Positions 43,549-52,579 of a stretch of 64,000 nucleotides of DNA are shown here, piece by piece. The notes beneath the pieces were generated by a model. It ran no database searches. It saw only the letters and a program-made list of their open reading frames with translations, and was not told the DNA's origin. The translations under genes and the position numbers were made by a program. The DNA comes from Candidatus Latescibacterota bacterium (GTDB lineage: Bacteria; Latescibacterota; UBA2968; GCA-2709665), in assembly GCA_965237675.1 (NCBI GenBank), contig OZ250150.1, positions 4,832,001 through 4,896,000 of the forward strand. Direction: 5' to 3'. Each line of letters opens with the position of its first letter. Position 1 is the first letter of the stretch.

Positions 43549-45480
43549 ATGAACGCTTCCAAAATCTGCGACGTCCCTTTCCTGGCGCCCTCCAATTCCC
43601 CGGGGGAACTCATCTTCGACCCCAAACTGGGCCGCCGTGTGCTTTACCAATCCATGTTCTCCGCGGTTCCGGGGCGTCCGCCCGCCCTGGTACGCACCGA
43701 CTTCGAACGCCACGAATACGCGTCATTCGCCCAGCCGGACGGCCGCGGGACCTGGAAGGTCCGTCTTCTGTCCGACAACAAAATCTGGTTCGGCATGAAC
43801 GGACCGGGGCAACTCGCCTGTTTCAACCCGGTCACCGAGTCCTACGAAGACGTCCCGCCCCATAACCCGGCAACGAAAAACTCCCACCTCACGGACGTCG
43901 TCGAAGGACCGGACGGACGGCTGTACATGCCCGGCTTTCCCTCCGGCGACTGTGTGGCCTACGACCGGGACACCGGCGAATACGGGGAAGTCGCGGTCGA
44001 GGAGAGAAACCACCAGCTTTTCGCCGCCTGTCTCACCGACGGCGGACACATCGGCATTCTGAACGGCCTTCAGCACGGCGTCTACGCCCTCGACCCGCGC
44101 ACCGACGAAGTTAACGTGGTGTCACCGTCCCACCTTACCGGTCGGCCGGACGCTTACAGCGGCTTCCTGCGCATTGGCGATCAGTTCCTGGCCACCCTCG
44201 GGCATCCCGAAGGCGGCATTGAAGTCTGTCGTTTCTCCGCGCTCGACCTCAGCTTTCTCGGTTCCTTCGTTGTCACGACCGTGGTTACCTCCGGACGAAA
44301 CCTCATGGCCTCGCCGGGCGGACGCGTTTATATGAGCGTGGACGACGGCTACATTTACGCCATTGACCTGGAAACGGAAACCGCCGAACTGGCCTGCCGT
44401 ATCCATGGCGTTCCCAGCCGGGGCCACTACCACTTTCTGGACGAGAATCGGGCTATCTTCGCCGGCCATTCCCAGTATTACGGCATCTGCGACATCCGGA
44501 CCGCCGAAATCGACCTCCACCGGACCGAGATCGAAAACCCCCCTATCGGCATCTTCTCCATCCTGCAGGCCTCTTCCGGAGATATATACTGCTCGGCCCA
44601 TCTGGGCCTTTCCCTCTCACGCGTGGATCCGAAATCAGGACGGGAGGATATATTGGGCCTGACGTACAACGGATCCGGCGAAATCTACGGCAGCGCCGAA
44701 GCCTGCGGCAACATCTACAGTATCTCCTACACCCACAACGTCCTAACCGTATACAATCCGAATCGACCCTGGCGCCCAGGCCCCGACGCCGGCGACAACC
44801 CCCGGAATCTCGGACCAGTGGGAGACGAACAGTACCGCCCCGTCACCGGCATTCTCAACGGACCGGGAGAAAGACTCTACATCGGATCCATGCCGGAGTA
44901 TGGGTCCCGGGGCGGCGCGCTTACCGTTGTCGATCCTGCCGACAACAGTCAGAGATCTTACCGCCACCTGGTCCCGGACCATTCCATTCTGGGCCTGGCC
45001 GTCGGCCCCGAACACGTGTATCTCGGCACCAGCATCATTGCCGACGGCTTTATCCGGCCCGCCGAAGGCGACGCCTGTTTTCTGATTTTCGATCCCGAAT
45101 GCGAAAGCGTTCTGTTCGAACAGGAAATCGAGGGCGCCCGCAGCCTCGTTACAATGGGATACAGCACGGACCGTGTCTTTTTCTGGACCGACGACCACGC
45201 AGGCGGCAACCGCTTTTTCGTCTGCCGCCTTGCGGACCGCGCCTTCCGCACGCCCAACACCTCGCTCACCGGCGGCAGACCGCACAACCGGCCCATGGTA
45301 ACCGGAGCGGACGGCAACCTCTACTTCACCCACGGAAACCGCATAGTTCGCCTCGATCCCCAAACCGAAGCGCTCGCCATTGCCCACACCGCGGTCCCTG
45401 GCGAGACGCCGATTCTGGCCGCGATCGGCAACGGTATCCTGTTCTCCCAACGCCACGAACTCTGGCTTGGTACTATATAG
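43549..45480 (+). CDS. Beta-propeller repeat protein
   Basis: Repeated GPDGRLY/GADGNLY blade motifs. Confidence 0.65.
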   Translation: MNASKICDVPFLAPSNSPGELIFDPKLGRRVLYQSMFSAVPGRPPALVRTDFERHEYASFAQPDGRGTWKVRLLSDNKIWFGMNGPGQLACFNPVTESYEDVPPHNPATKNSHLTDVVEGPDGRLYMPGFPSGDCVAYDRDTGEYGEVAVEERNHQLFAACLTDGGHIGILNGLQHGVYALDPRTDEVNVVSPSHLTGRPDAYSGFLRIGDQFLATLGHPEGGIEVCRFSALDLSFLGSFVVTTVVTSGRNLMASPGGRVYMSVDDGYIYAIDLETETAELACRIHGVPSRGHYHFLDENRAIFAGHSQYYGICDIRTAEIDLHRTEIENPPIGIFSILQASSGDIYCSAHLGLSLSRVDPKSGREDILGLTYNGSGEIYGSAEACGNIYSISYTHNVLTVYNPNRPWRPGPDAGDNPRNLGPVGDEQYRPVTGILNGPGERLYIGSMPEYGSRGGALTVVDPADNSQRSYRHLVPDHSILGLAVGPEHVYLGTSIIADGFIRPAEGDACFLIFDPECESVLFEQEIEGARSLVTMGYSTDRVFFWTDDHAGGNRFFVCRLADRAFRTPNTSLTGGRPHNRPMVTGADGNLYFTHGNRIVRLDPQTEALAIAHTAVPGETPILAAIGNGILFSQRHELWLGTI

Positions 45481-45521
45481 GTTGGGTCACACGCACCGTA
45501 CTCTCAAGAACGGAACCCGAC

Positions 45522-47648
45522 GTGAAAGGCAATCCCCATTGGAAAAACCGGATACGCCCCGACCACCCCCGGCTGTTCCTTAACGGCGATACGTTGCCGG
45601 CGATCCGCGCCCGCGCGTTGAGCGTCTGCAACGACCACTACCTCGAGGTCAAGTCGTTCGCCGAGGCGTCTCCACCCGACCTCGAATGGGCCGTTGTCAA
45701 CCGGCCGCCACCGATGCCCGACGGCACGGAAGTGCGCGATTGGGGCCATCGGATGATGGGCTCGGCCATCGTCTATCTCGTGGAACCCACCGCCGCACGC
45801 CTGGCCCGACTCACATCGGAACTGCACGCAAGCGCTGAATACTACCACGCCTGTTACGCCGAGAACGAATCCGTCAACTGGTACGCCGCCAGTCGCGCCG
45901 CCTGCCTGGTTGCCCTGGACTGGATCTGGAATGAATTATCCGCGGAAGACCGCCGCGTGATTGCCCTCCGCCTGCTCGACCACGTGGACGAAGCCCTTCA
46001 TAAGCCCGGCATCCGTCGCCGCAACGGTTCCGACCACCGCAGCGGATTCTACGGCGCGCCCAGCCTGGCCTGGTTCGCGGGGCTCCTGCTCCACGGGGAA
46101 GGTATCGACGATAGCCGGGCGGACCGTTTTCTCGAACGGGGCTACGACGACCACGTAAAGCTGCTGGTTCACCGCGCGTCCGCGTGCGGCGACGACGGCG
46201 GCGAAGCCTCGCCCACGCTCGGGTACGCGTTCGGCGAATACCCGCTCGCGCAATGGAACTTCATCCATACGTTCCGATCGGCAACCGGCGAAGACATTTC
46301 CGCGAACTGGCCGCACATCCGGATGTTTCCCAACTACGTTATCTGGAACTGGCTTCCTGGCGACCTCGAGTTCGGTTATGGCGACAACACGCATACGGAC
46401 AACAGCATGCGGACAAACTGGATGTACACCCATATGTCCCACATTATGCACTTTTTCGGTCAATCCCATCCCGAGTGGGCCGGACTGGCGCGATATATCC
46501 GGAACATGGCCGGCGGCGGCTTTCCGCTGGACAAGTGGCCCATCTACCCGTTTCTGCTCGACGGACTCGACAGCGCGCCGCAGGCTGCGGGCCCGGACGT
46601 CCTGCCGCCCGCGCGCCACTTCGAAAACCTGGGTCAGATATTCATGCGTTCCGGCTCCGGCGACGACGATACGTATGCCCTGTTTTGCGGCGGCGGGAGC
46701 CTGAGAAGCCACCGCCACTACGACGCCACGCACTTCACCATCTACAAGAAGGGCTTCCTTGCCCTTGACAGCGGCACCCGCATGGGCAACACCGACAACC
46801 TGCAGAACTACTACGCGCAGACCGTCGCCCACAATTGTATATTGATCAAGATGCCCGGCGAGGCGCCATCGCCTTACTGGAACGGCGAGGTCTACGGGCA
46901 GGCCGGCGGCCAGAATAAAACCATCGGCTCAGACATTATCGCCTTCGAAACCAACCCCCACTTCACCTACGTCGCCGCTGACGCCACCCCAGTCTACAAT
47001 GCCGAAAAATGCGCCTTCATGGTCCGCCAGTTCATTTTCGTGCCGCCGGATCATTTCGTCGTGTTCGACAGAGTCGCAGCAACCAGCCCCGACTACGCCA
47101 AAACCTGGCTCATGCACCATGCCAACGAACCCTGGGTTGAGGACCGCACATGGAGGTCGGATCAGGACCGGGGACGCATTTTCGTCCGGACACTCTTACC
47201 CGAAGACGCCGTTCTCGACAGGGTTGGCGGACCCGGTAAGGAGTTCCTCGCCGACGGCGTCAACTATGCGATCGACGCCGGTCCTTCGAAGCTCATCGTT
47301 GAGAACAAATATCCGATCGGAAGGATGCACTACGAAGAGGTTCCCGAGTTTATGGGCCGCTGGCGCATGGAAATCAGACCGGGCGCGGCCCGGAAAGAGG
47401 ATCTCTTCCTGCACCTCATACAGGTCGGCGATCAATCGCTCTGCGCGATGAGCGACGCAAACGTCACCGTGAAAGGGGCTCAAGTCGAACTCAGCTTCAG
47501 CGGAACCGATGAGGAGACTTTCGTCTCATTCGCGGCAAGAGGTGAGGCTGGCGGCCACATCAGGCGCGTTCGGAAGGGAGAACCGGTCGTCGACAAAAGC
47601 CTCGCCCGGGATGTTCAGGCCCAGGCCGGTCTTGCCAGATCCGAATAG
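45522..47648 (+). CDS. Heparinase II/III-like lyase (start codon uncertain)
   Basis: HPRLFL, FMRSG, HRHYD..HFTIYKKGFLALDSG, NYYAQTVAHNC resemble heparinase II active-site segments. Confidence 0.8.
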   Translation: MKGNPHWKNRIRPDHPRLFLNGDTLPAIRARALSVCNDHYLEVKSFAEASPPDLEWAVVNRPPPMPDGTEVRDWGHRMMGSAIVYLVEPTAARLARLTSELHASAEYYHACYAENESVNWYAASRAACLVALDWIWNELSAEDRRVIALRLLDHVDEALHKPGIRRRNGSDHRSGFYGAPSLAWFAGLLLHGEGIDDSRADRFLERGYDDHVKLLVHRASACGDDGGEASPTLGYAFGEYPLAQWNFIHTFRSATGEDISANWPHIRMFPNYVIWNWLPGDLEFGYGDNTHTDNSMRTNWMYTHMSHIMHFFGQSHPEWAGLARYIRNMAGGGFPLDKWPIYPFLLDGLDSAPQAAGPDVLPPARHFENLGQIFMRSGSGDDDTYALFCGGGSLRSHRHYDATHFTIYKKGFLALDSGTRMGNTDNLQNYYAQTVAHNCILIKMPGEAPSPYWNGEVYGQAGGQNKTIGSDIIAFETNPHFTYVAADATPVYNAEKCAFMVRQFIFVPPDHFVVFDRVAATSPDYAKTWLMHHANEPWVEDRTWRSDQDRGRIFVRTLLPEDAVLDRVGGPGKEFLADGVNYAIDAGPSKLIVENKYPIGRMHYEEVPEFMGRWRMEIRPGAARKEDLFLHLIQVGDQSLCAMSDANVTVKGAQVELSFSGTDEETFVSFAARGEAGGHIRRVRKGEPVVDKSLARDVQAQAGLARSE

Positions 47649-47708
47649 GTCCGTTTGCACGCGTGGCGCGCGGATTCCCGCCTATTGGATTTAACGGAGA
47701 AACATCAA

Positions 47709-48611
47709 ATGAACGAATTTCGCGGCATCTACCCCGCGCTGATCACACCGATGACGCGTCAAGGCGACTTTAACGAAGATGCCTTCCGTCGGCTCGTGGA
47801 ATACAATATAAAATCGGGCGCCCACGGTTTCTGGGTTGCCGGCGGCGCCGGTGAAAGCGTTCTGCTGGAAGACGAAGAAAATGCCCGCATTGCCGAAGCC
47901 GCCGCCGACCAGGCCGCCGACCGCGCCAGAATCATCATGCACGTGGGGGCGGCCACCACCGTACGTGCCGCCAGAATGGCCGAGAACGCCGCAAAGGCCG
48001 GGGTTGATGCCATCTGCGCCGTACCTCCCTTCTTCTATCGGACCGGACCGGACGAAATCGCCGAACACTACCGGGTCATCGGCGCAGCGGCAGACCTTCC
48101 CCTGTTCATCTATAACCTTCCAGGCGCCACGGGTGTAGAGATCACCCTCGAATTGGCCGAGAAGATCCGGGAGCACGTACCGCAACTCGCCGGACTGAAA
48201 CATTCCGCTCCGGCATTCGCGAACACGCGCCACTTCACCAGGATGGGCCTTTCGTGCCTCATCGGCAGCGCCGCGCTGCTCCTCCCCGCGCTCACCATTG
48301 GCGCATCAGGCTGCGTGGACGGCCCCCTTTCACTGTCTCCGGATGTGTGGGTTAATATCTGGTCGGCGTACCACGCCGGCGACATTAAGTCTGCCGAAGC
48401 GGAACAGGAACGGGCCGCAGAGCTCTATACGATCTTCAACCGAGCCGGATATATCGCGTCCATGAAGGCCCTGCTATCCGAGAAACTCGGCATCGACTGC
48501 GGCGACCCCCGCCTCCCGCAACGTCCGCTTACCCGCGAGGAGAGAGACTTCGTCATCCGGACGGCGACGGCACTGGGGATGATGGAAATCGATAGTCGGG
48601 ATGGCCGCTGA
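47709..48611 (+). CDS. DHDPS/N-acetylneuraminate lyase family aldolase
   Basis: PALITP, GGAGE, IYNLP, GLKHS. Confidence 0.88.
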   Translation: MNEFRGIYPALITPMTRQGDFNEDAFRRLVEYNIKSGAHGFWVAGGAGESVLLEDEENARIAEAAADQAADRARIIMHVGAATTVRAARMAENAAKAGVDAICAVPPFFYRTGPDEIAEHYRVIGAAADLPLFIYNLPGATGVEITLELAEKIREHVPQLAGLKHSAPAFANTRHFTRMGLSCLIGSAALLLPALTIGASGCVDGPLSLSPDVWVNIWSAYHAGDIKSAEAEQERAAELYTIFNRAGYIASMKALLSEKLGIDCGDPRLPQRPLTREERDFVIRTATALGMMEIDSRDGR

Positions 48612-48688
48612 CCGTTCCGGCCCATGCCGATATCCATTGCCGACGCTTTGTGCGGCACCTTTGAACCCTTTTAACGGAGAACGCCCGT

Positions 48689-49597
48689 ATGATTCCCTTA
48701 CTCAGCAGCCTTTGCTACGGACCGCTTGAAGTCTGCCATCTTCCCAGGACCTGGTGGAAAGTCCTGCTTCGGAACGCGGGCCTGCTCGACGAAGAATACC
48801 CCGACGTCAGCGAAGGCCTGGACAAATCCGTCCTGGAAGTGCTGAACCTGGACAGAGAGACGACCCTGGCGTATTTGCGTGAGAATATGCCCGGCTACCT
48901 CCAGTTCGAAGCCTGGGTCCTCAGACAAAACCACGGAAAGCTCGATCGAAGGGCAATCGATACCTGGAATGAATCCGTGCGCACGCGCGTTCACACCCGG
49001 CCCGATAAGCTGCAGGAAACCACGAGTGACATCGGCATTCCCAACGACGGTACGATCACTTCAGCCGTGATCCTCAACAGCCTCCAGGACTGGTCGCTTT
49101 TCTACAGGCGGGACGTGATGGGGGGATTCGCAACCCTGGGCGGTCGTGTGGTACCCCTCGTCTCCAGCCTGGACTACGGACCACTCAACGTCTGCCAACT
49201 CCCGCGTACCTGGCTGAAGATACTGCTCAGAGCCCGAAATCTGCTTCATCCCGACTATCCCGACATGACCGATAACGGCCTGGATCCCCTGGCGCTGCGC
49301 GCTGTCAACATCCAGCCGCATGACGCCGTTTGTTTCGTCCGGGAAAACGCGCCCTCATATCTTGACTTCGAAGCCTGGATTCTGCGACAGAACGACGGAT
49401 GTGTCGACCCCGGCCCCGTCGACGAATGGAACACATTCGTGCGAACCCGAATCCATTCAAATGAAAAAATCGTGGATATTCACAATACACTCGGCCTGGA
49501 AAACGACGGCAGCCTGACCTCCGCCGTCGTCCTCAATCACGTTGAAGACTGGCACTTCGCGCATGCCGACCTGACGGGCGGGGGCGACAGTTCGTGA
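48689..49597 (+). CDS. Protein with two tandem DUF5069-like domains
   Basis: Internal duplication PL.SSL.YGPL.VC.LPRTW.K ... LTSAV.LN...DW; resembles the DUF5069 LPR..DK motif. Confidence 0.65.
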   Translation: MIPLLSSLCYGPLEVCHLPRTWWKVLLRNAGLLDEEYPDVSEGLDKSVLEVLNLDRETTLAYLRENMPGYLQFEAWVLRQNHGKLDRRAIDTWNESVRTRVHTRPDKLQETTSDIGIPNDGTITSAVILNSLQDWSLFYRRDVMGGFATLGGRVVPLVSSLDYGPLNVCQLPRTWLKILLRARNLLHPDYPDMTDNGLDPLALRAVNIQPHDAVCFVRENAPSYLDFEAWILRQNDGCVDPGPVDEWNTFVRTRIHSNEKIVDIHNTLGLENDGSLTSAVVLNHVEDWHFAHADLTGGGDSS

Positions 49598-49640
49598 ACA
49601 CCGCCCGAAAATCCGGACTCTCTACGAGTCGATTTAATTA

Positions 49641-49669
49641 TTGACATAACGCGAGCCATGGATTAAACT
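49641..49669 (+). promoter_or_regulatory. Near-consensus sigma70 promoter at the start of the WD40 region
   Basis: TTGACA-17 nt-TAAACT with AT-rich upstream GATTTAATTA. Confidence 0.7.
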
Positions 49670-49854
49670 ACCACTAAAGTTACGTATTAGTATACATCTT
49701 CCGTAAATAGAACCGGCGTCGCCGATCTTCCAGGTGCAGCCAGGAGCCCCAACGCCACCCGTGGTCACGCGAAGGCGCCAGGCCCTGAATGAGGCCGCAA
49801 GAGGGGATCCGCTTAGCCTGTGGTTGACGCCATTCTCAAACCCGTTAGCGTTTG

Positions 49855-49946
49855 AAAAGGAGGTGATACCGGAATCCACGTCGCCAAACGTTTTGCCGCT
49901 GTAGATGTACATGAGAAACTGTAGTTCGGGACAAGTGCTGAATTGA
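49855..49946 (+). pseudogene. Leader element copy A: extended SD + degenerate micro-ORF
   Basis: AAAAGGAGGTGATA then CCG-ESTSPNVLPL*MYMRNCSSGQVLN-TGA; start lost and internal TAG, terminal stop at the homologous position. Confidence 0.45.
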
Positions 49947-50390
49947 TACGTTGCGCTGTGTGAGTGATCAAGCGAGGCCGCCGGAAACCGTACATCTGGT
50001 TTCGTCATTTCGCCATCACACCCTCCAGATCAATCCCCAACAGTCCGTTGATAAAGTTGCTCTGCAGGCGGGACTCAGTGTCCCGTCCCGGAACATCGTC
50101 ACCGTTCATCCGGCGATTCACGCCGTCTCGCTCCGTTGCTTGCGCTGTTTGTGCTGAGCCTGTCGAAGGATGCCAGCCGGGCGACTAGGCGGCCGAATTT
50201 CGGCAATCTATTTCCGGGACGGAACACTTGCCAATGTGACCGAAGACAAGGCGTGCGTCCGAGCCGAATCGGTGGATTCGGCGAGGGAGCGCGACAAAGT
50301 AACTCGGCTACAAGAGCCGGTCGCACGACCGGATGGGCATTTTCGATGGGCTGCCAGGTCCCATCAAGCACAGTCTCTTCCTACAGAATC

Positions 50391-50802
50391 TTCACAGTAA
50401 TTCACCCCGTAATCACGTGAATCACAGTCCGTGGTATGGCTGGGCGGCGCGCCCTGCGCCTTAGTCTCAGTCAGTCACGGTAATCACGTGAACCGCAGTC
50501 CGGGGTGTGGTTGTGCGACGTGCCTTCCGCTTTAATCTCCCAGTTAAACACTGTAATCATATGAATCACAGTCCGGGTGTGGTTGGCCGGCGCGCTTTGC
50601 GGTTTAATCACGGTCAATCCCTGCAATCATAGTTAATCACAGTCCGGGTGTGGTTGGCCGGCGTGCCTTTCGGTATAGTCACCGCTAATCCCTGCAATCA
50701 TAGTTAATCACAGTCCGGGGCGGTGGCGGGGAAGTGCGCCCTGCGTTCTTAATCACAGTTCATCCCTGTAATCACAGTTAATCCTAGTCCGGGGGGATTC
50801 AG
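50391..50802 (+). repeat. Tandem array of ~71-nt units (about 5.5 copies) abutting WD40 gene 1
   Basis: Approximate unit TAATCACAGTTAATCCCTGTAATCATAGTTAATCACAGTCCGGGTGTGGTTGGCCGGCGCGCCCTGCGCCT; units start near 50391, 50462, 50533, 50605, 50676, 50750. Confidence 0.85.
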
Positions 50803-52101
50803 ATGAAAGGGTCAACGGTTTCGAGCCTCATTCTTCTTTCTACAGCTGTCTTGTGTGCACAGTTCGCCCACGCGCAGGACTACAATCGCTGGCGCTTGCC
50901 CGAAGGGGCCCTATTGCGGCTGGGCAAGGGAGACGTTCGCGCCGTGGTCTGGTCGCCGGACGGCTCGCGCCTGGCCGTGGGGGGCACCGCCGGCATCTGG
51001 CTCTACGACCCCCTCACCGGGGCCGAAGTTTCACTGATCACGGGCCATACGAGAAGAGTCAATTCAATGGTATATTCGACGGATGGGACGATGCTGGCAA
51101 GCGCCGGTCACGACGGTACGTTGCGGTTGTGGGACGTGGCCACAGGACAGGAAAGGAGCACCATCAAAGCCCATTTCGGGTCCGTCACTTCGGTGGCGTT
51201 TTCGCCGGATGGGATGACGGTGGCAAGCGCTGGTTATGAAGGTCCGGTGCGGTTGTGGGACGTGGCCACAGGGCAGGAGAAAAGCACCCTGGAAGGACAT
51301 ACCAATTGGGTCTTGTCGGTCACGTTTTCGCAGGATGGGACAATGCTGGCAAGCGCCAGTCGTGACAGTACGATGCGGTTGTGGGACGTGGCCACAGGGC
51401 AGGAAAAACACACCCTCACAGGACATTCCGCTGGGGTCAGGTCGGTGGCGTTTTCGCCGGATGGGACGACGCTGGTAAGCGGCAGTTACGACCATATGGT
51501 GCGGTTGTGGGACGCGGCCACAGGGCAGGAAAAACACACCCTCACAGGACATACCGCCGGGGTCTATTCGGTGGCGTTCTCGCCGGATGGGACGACGGTG
51601 GCCAGCGCCGGTCGTGACCGTACGGTGCGGTTGTGGGACGCGGCCACCGGGCAGGAAGAAAGGACCCTCACAGGACATATACGGACTGTCGAGTCGGTGG
51701 CGTTTTCGCCGGATGGTAGGACGCTGGTAAGCGGCAGCCCCTACAACAGGATGCTGCTGTGGGACGTGGACACCTGGCAGGAAAAAGGCGCCCTGACAGG
51801 ACATACGTGGTATCTCGTGACGGTGGCGTTTTCGCCGGATGGGAGGACGCTGGCCAGCGGCAGTTACGACGGCACGATTCTGCTGTGGGATGTGTCGCCG
51901 TATGTCGCACATCCCACGCTTGCCGCAGATTTCGACGGTGACGGGATCGTGGGTTTTCCCGACTTTCTGCGGTTCGCGCCGCAGTTCGGTCAGACCCAGG
52001 GTGATGCCGGATTTGACGCGCGATTCGATCTGGACGGAGACGGTACTGTCGGATTCAGCGATTTTGTGATCTTCGCACGCAGCTTCGGCCTGGGTGGATG
52101 A
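50803..52101 (+). CDS. Secreted WD40 protein (8 repeats) with C-terminal dockerin-like/EF-hand pair
   Basis: Signal peptide ending AHA-QDY; GH...WD 42-aa repeats; DFDGDG..DF twice. Confidence 0.9.
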   Translation: MKGSTVSSLILLSTAVLCAQFAHAQDYNRWRLPEGALLRLGKGDVRAVVWSPDGSRLAVGGTAGIWLYDPLTGAEVSLITGHTRRVNSMVYSTDGTMLASAGHDGTLRLWDVATGQERSTIKAHFGSVTSVAFSPDGMTVASAGYEGPVRLWDVATGQEKSTLEGHTNWVLSVTFSQDGTMLASASRDSTMRLWDVATGQEKHTLTGHSAGVRSVAFSPDGTTLVSGSYDHMVRLWDAATGQEKHTLTGHTAGVYSVAFSPDGTTVASAGRDRTVRLWDAATGQEERTLTGHIRTVESVAFSPDGRTLVSGSPYNRMLLWDVDTWQEKGALTGHTWYLVTVAFSPDGRTLASGSYDGTILLWDVSPYVAHPTLAADFDGDGIVGFPDFLRFAPQFGQTQGDAGFDARFDLDGDGTVGFSDFVIFARSFGLGG

Positions 52102-52264
52102 CACGAAAGCACCATGGCAGAAACTGGTCGCTCAAGGTCTGCATGATTGCCGGGAACCCGCCGCTCGTGCGTGATCGCGGCTCGCCAATGGTACCGTTGG
52201 CGGATATCTGTATTGACATTCTATCGATCTCCTGATAAGACGGCCCCTGAGAAGGAGGTGATAA

Positions 52265-52339
52265 CTGAAATCAACACTGATAAACGTCTGGCAGTCGTAC
52301 GTCTACTTCAATGCGATGACCGGTTGTACAGTTCGTTAA
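52265..52339 (+). CDS. Candidate 24-aa micro-ORF, type II: (M)KSTLINVWQSYVYFNAMTGCTVR
   Basis: GAAGGAGGTGATAA then CTG; same length and stop position as the homologue at 59625. Confidence 0.4.
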   Translation: MKSTLINVWQSYVYFNAMTGCTVR

Positions 52340-52364
52340 CGCCGGTCTACTGCGTGTTCGCGTT

Positions 52365-52478
52365 AGAAAGGTGGTGATATTCGGATCCACGTCGCTAAAC
52401 GTATTGCCGCTGTACATCTACGTGAGAAACTGTGACTCGGGGCAAGTTGCTGCAATGAACCTTGCGCTGTGCAAGTGA
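52365..52478 (+). pseudogene. Leader element copy B2: degenerate type I micro-ORF
   Basis: AAAGGTGGTGATA then TTC-GSTSLNVLPLYIYVRNCDSGQV; start lost; a 1-nt insertion shifts the homologous TGA (52456) out of frame. Confidence 0.4.
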
Positions 52479-52579
52479 TCGAGCGATATATCTGAAATAT
52501 CTTCACAAGGTCTCTACATATCGCCATCACCCTCCAGGTCAATTCCTGAATTCCATCAAGCACAGTCTCTTCATACGTT

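Noticed and set aside
49639-49668. dif site (XerD-like TTATGTCAA on the minus strand)
   Set aside because: No matching XerC arm at 6-nt spacing; better explained as a -35 TTGACA.
49855-49870. 16S rRNA 3' end on the minus strand (AAGGAGGTGAT)
   Set aside because: The match stops after ~11-13 nt and the flanks do not resemble 16S; treated as an extended SD.
49634-50008. Minus-strand 124-aa ORF over leader copy A
   Set aside because: The equivalent frame has stops in the other copies and a frameshift in type II copies; no recognisable protein features.
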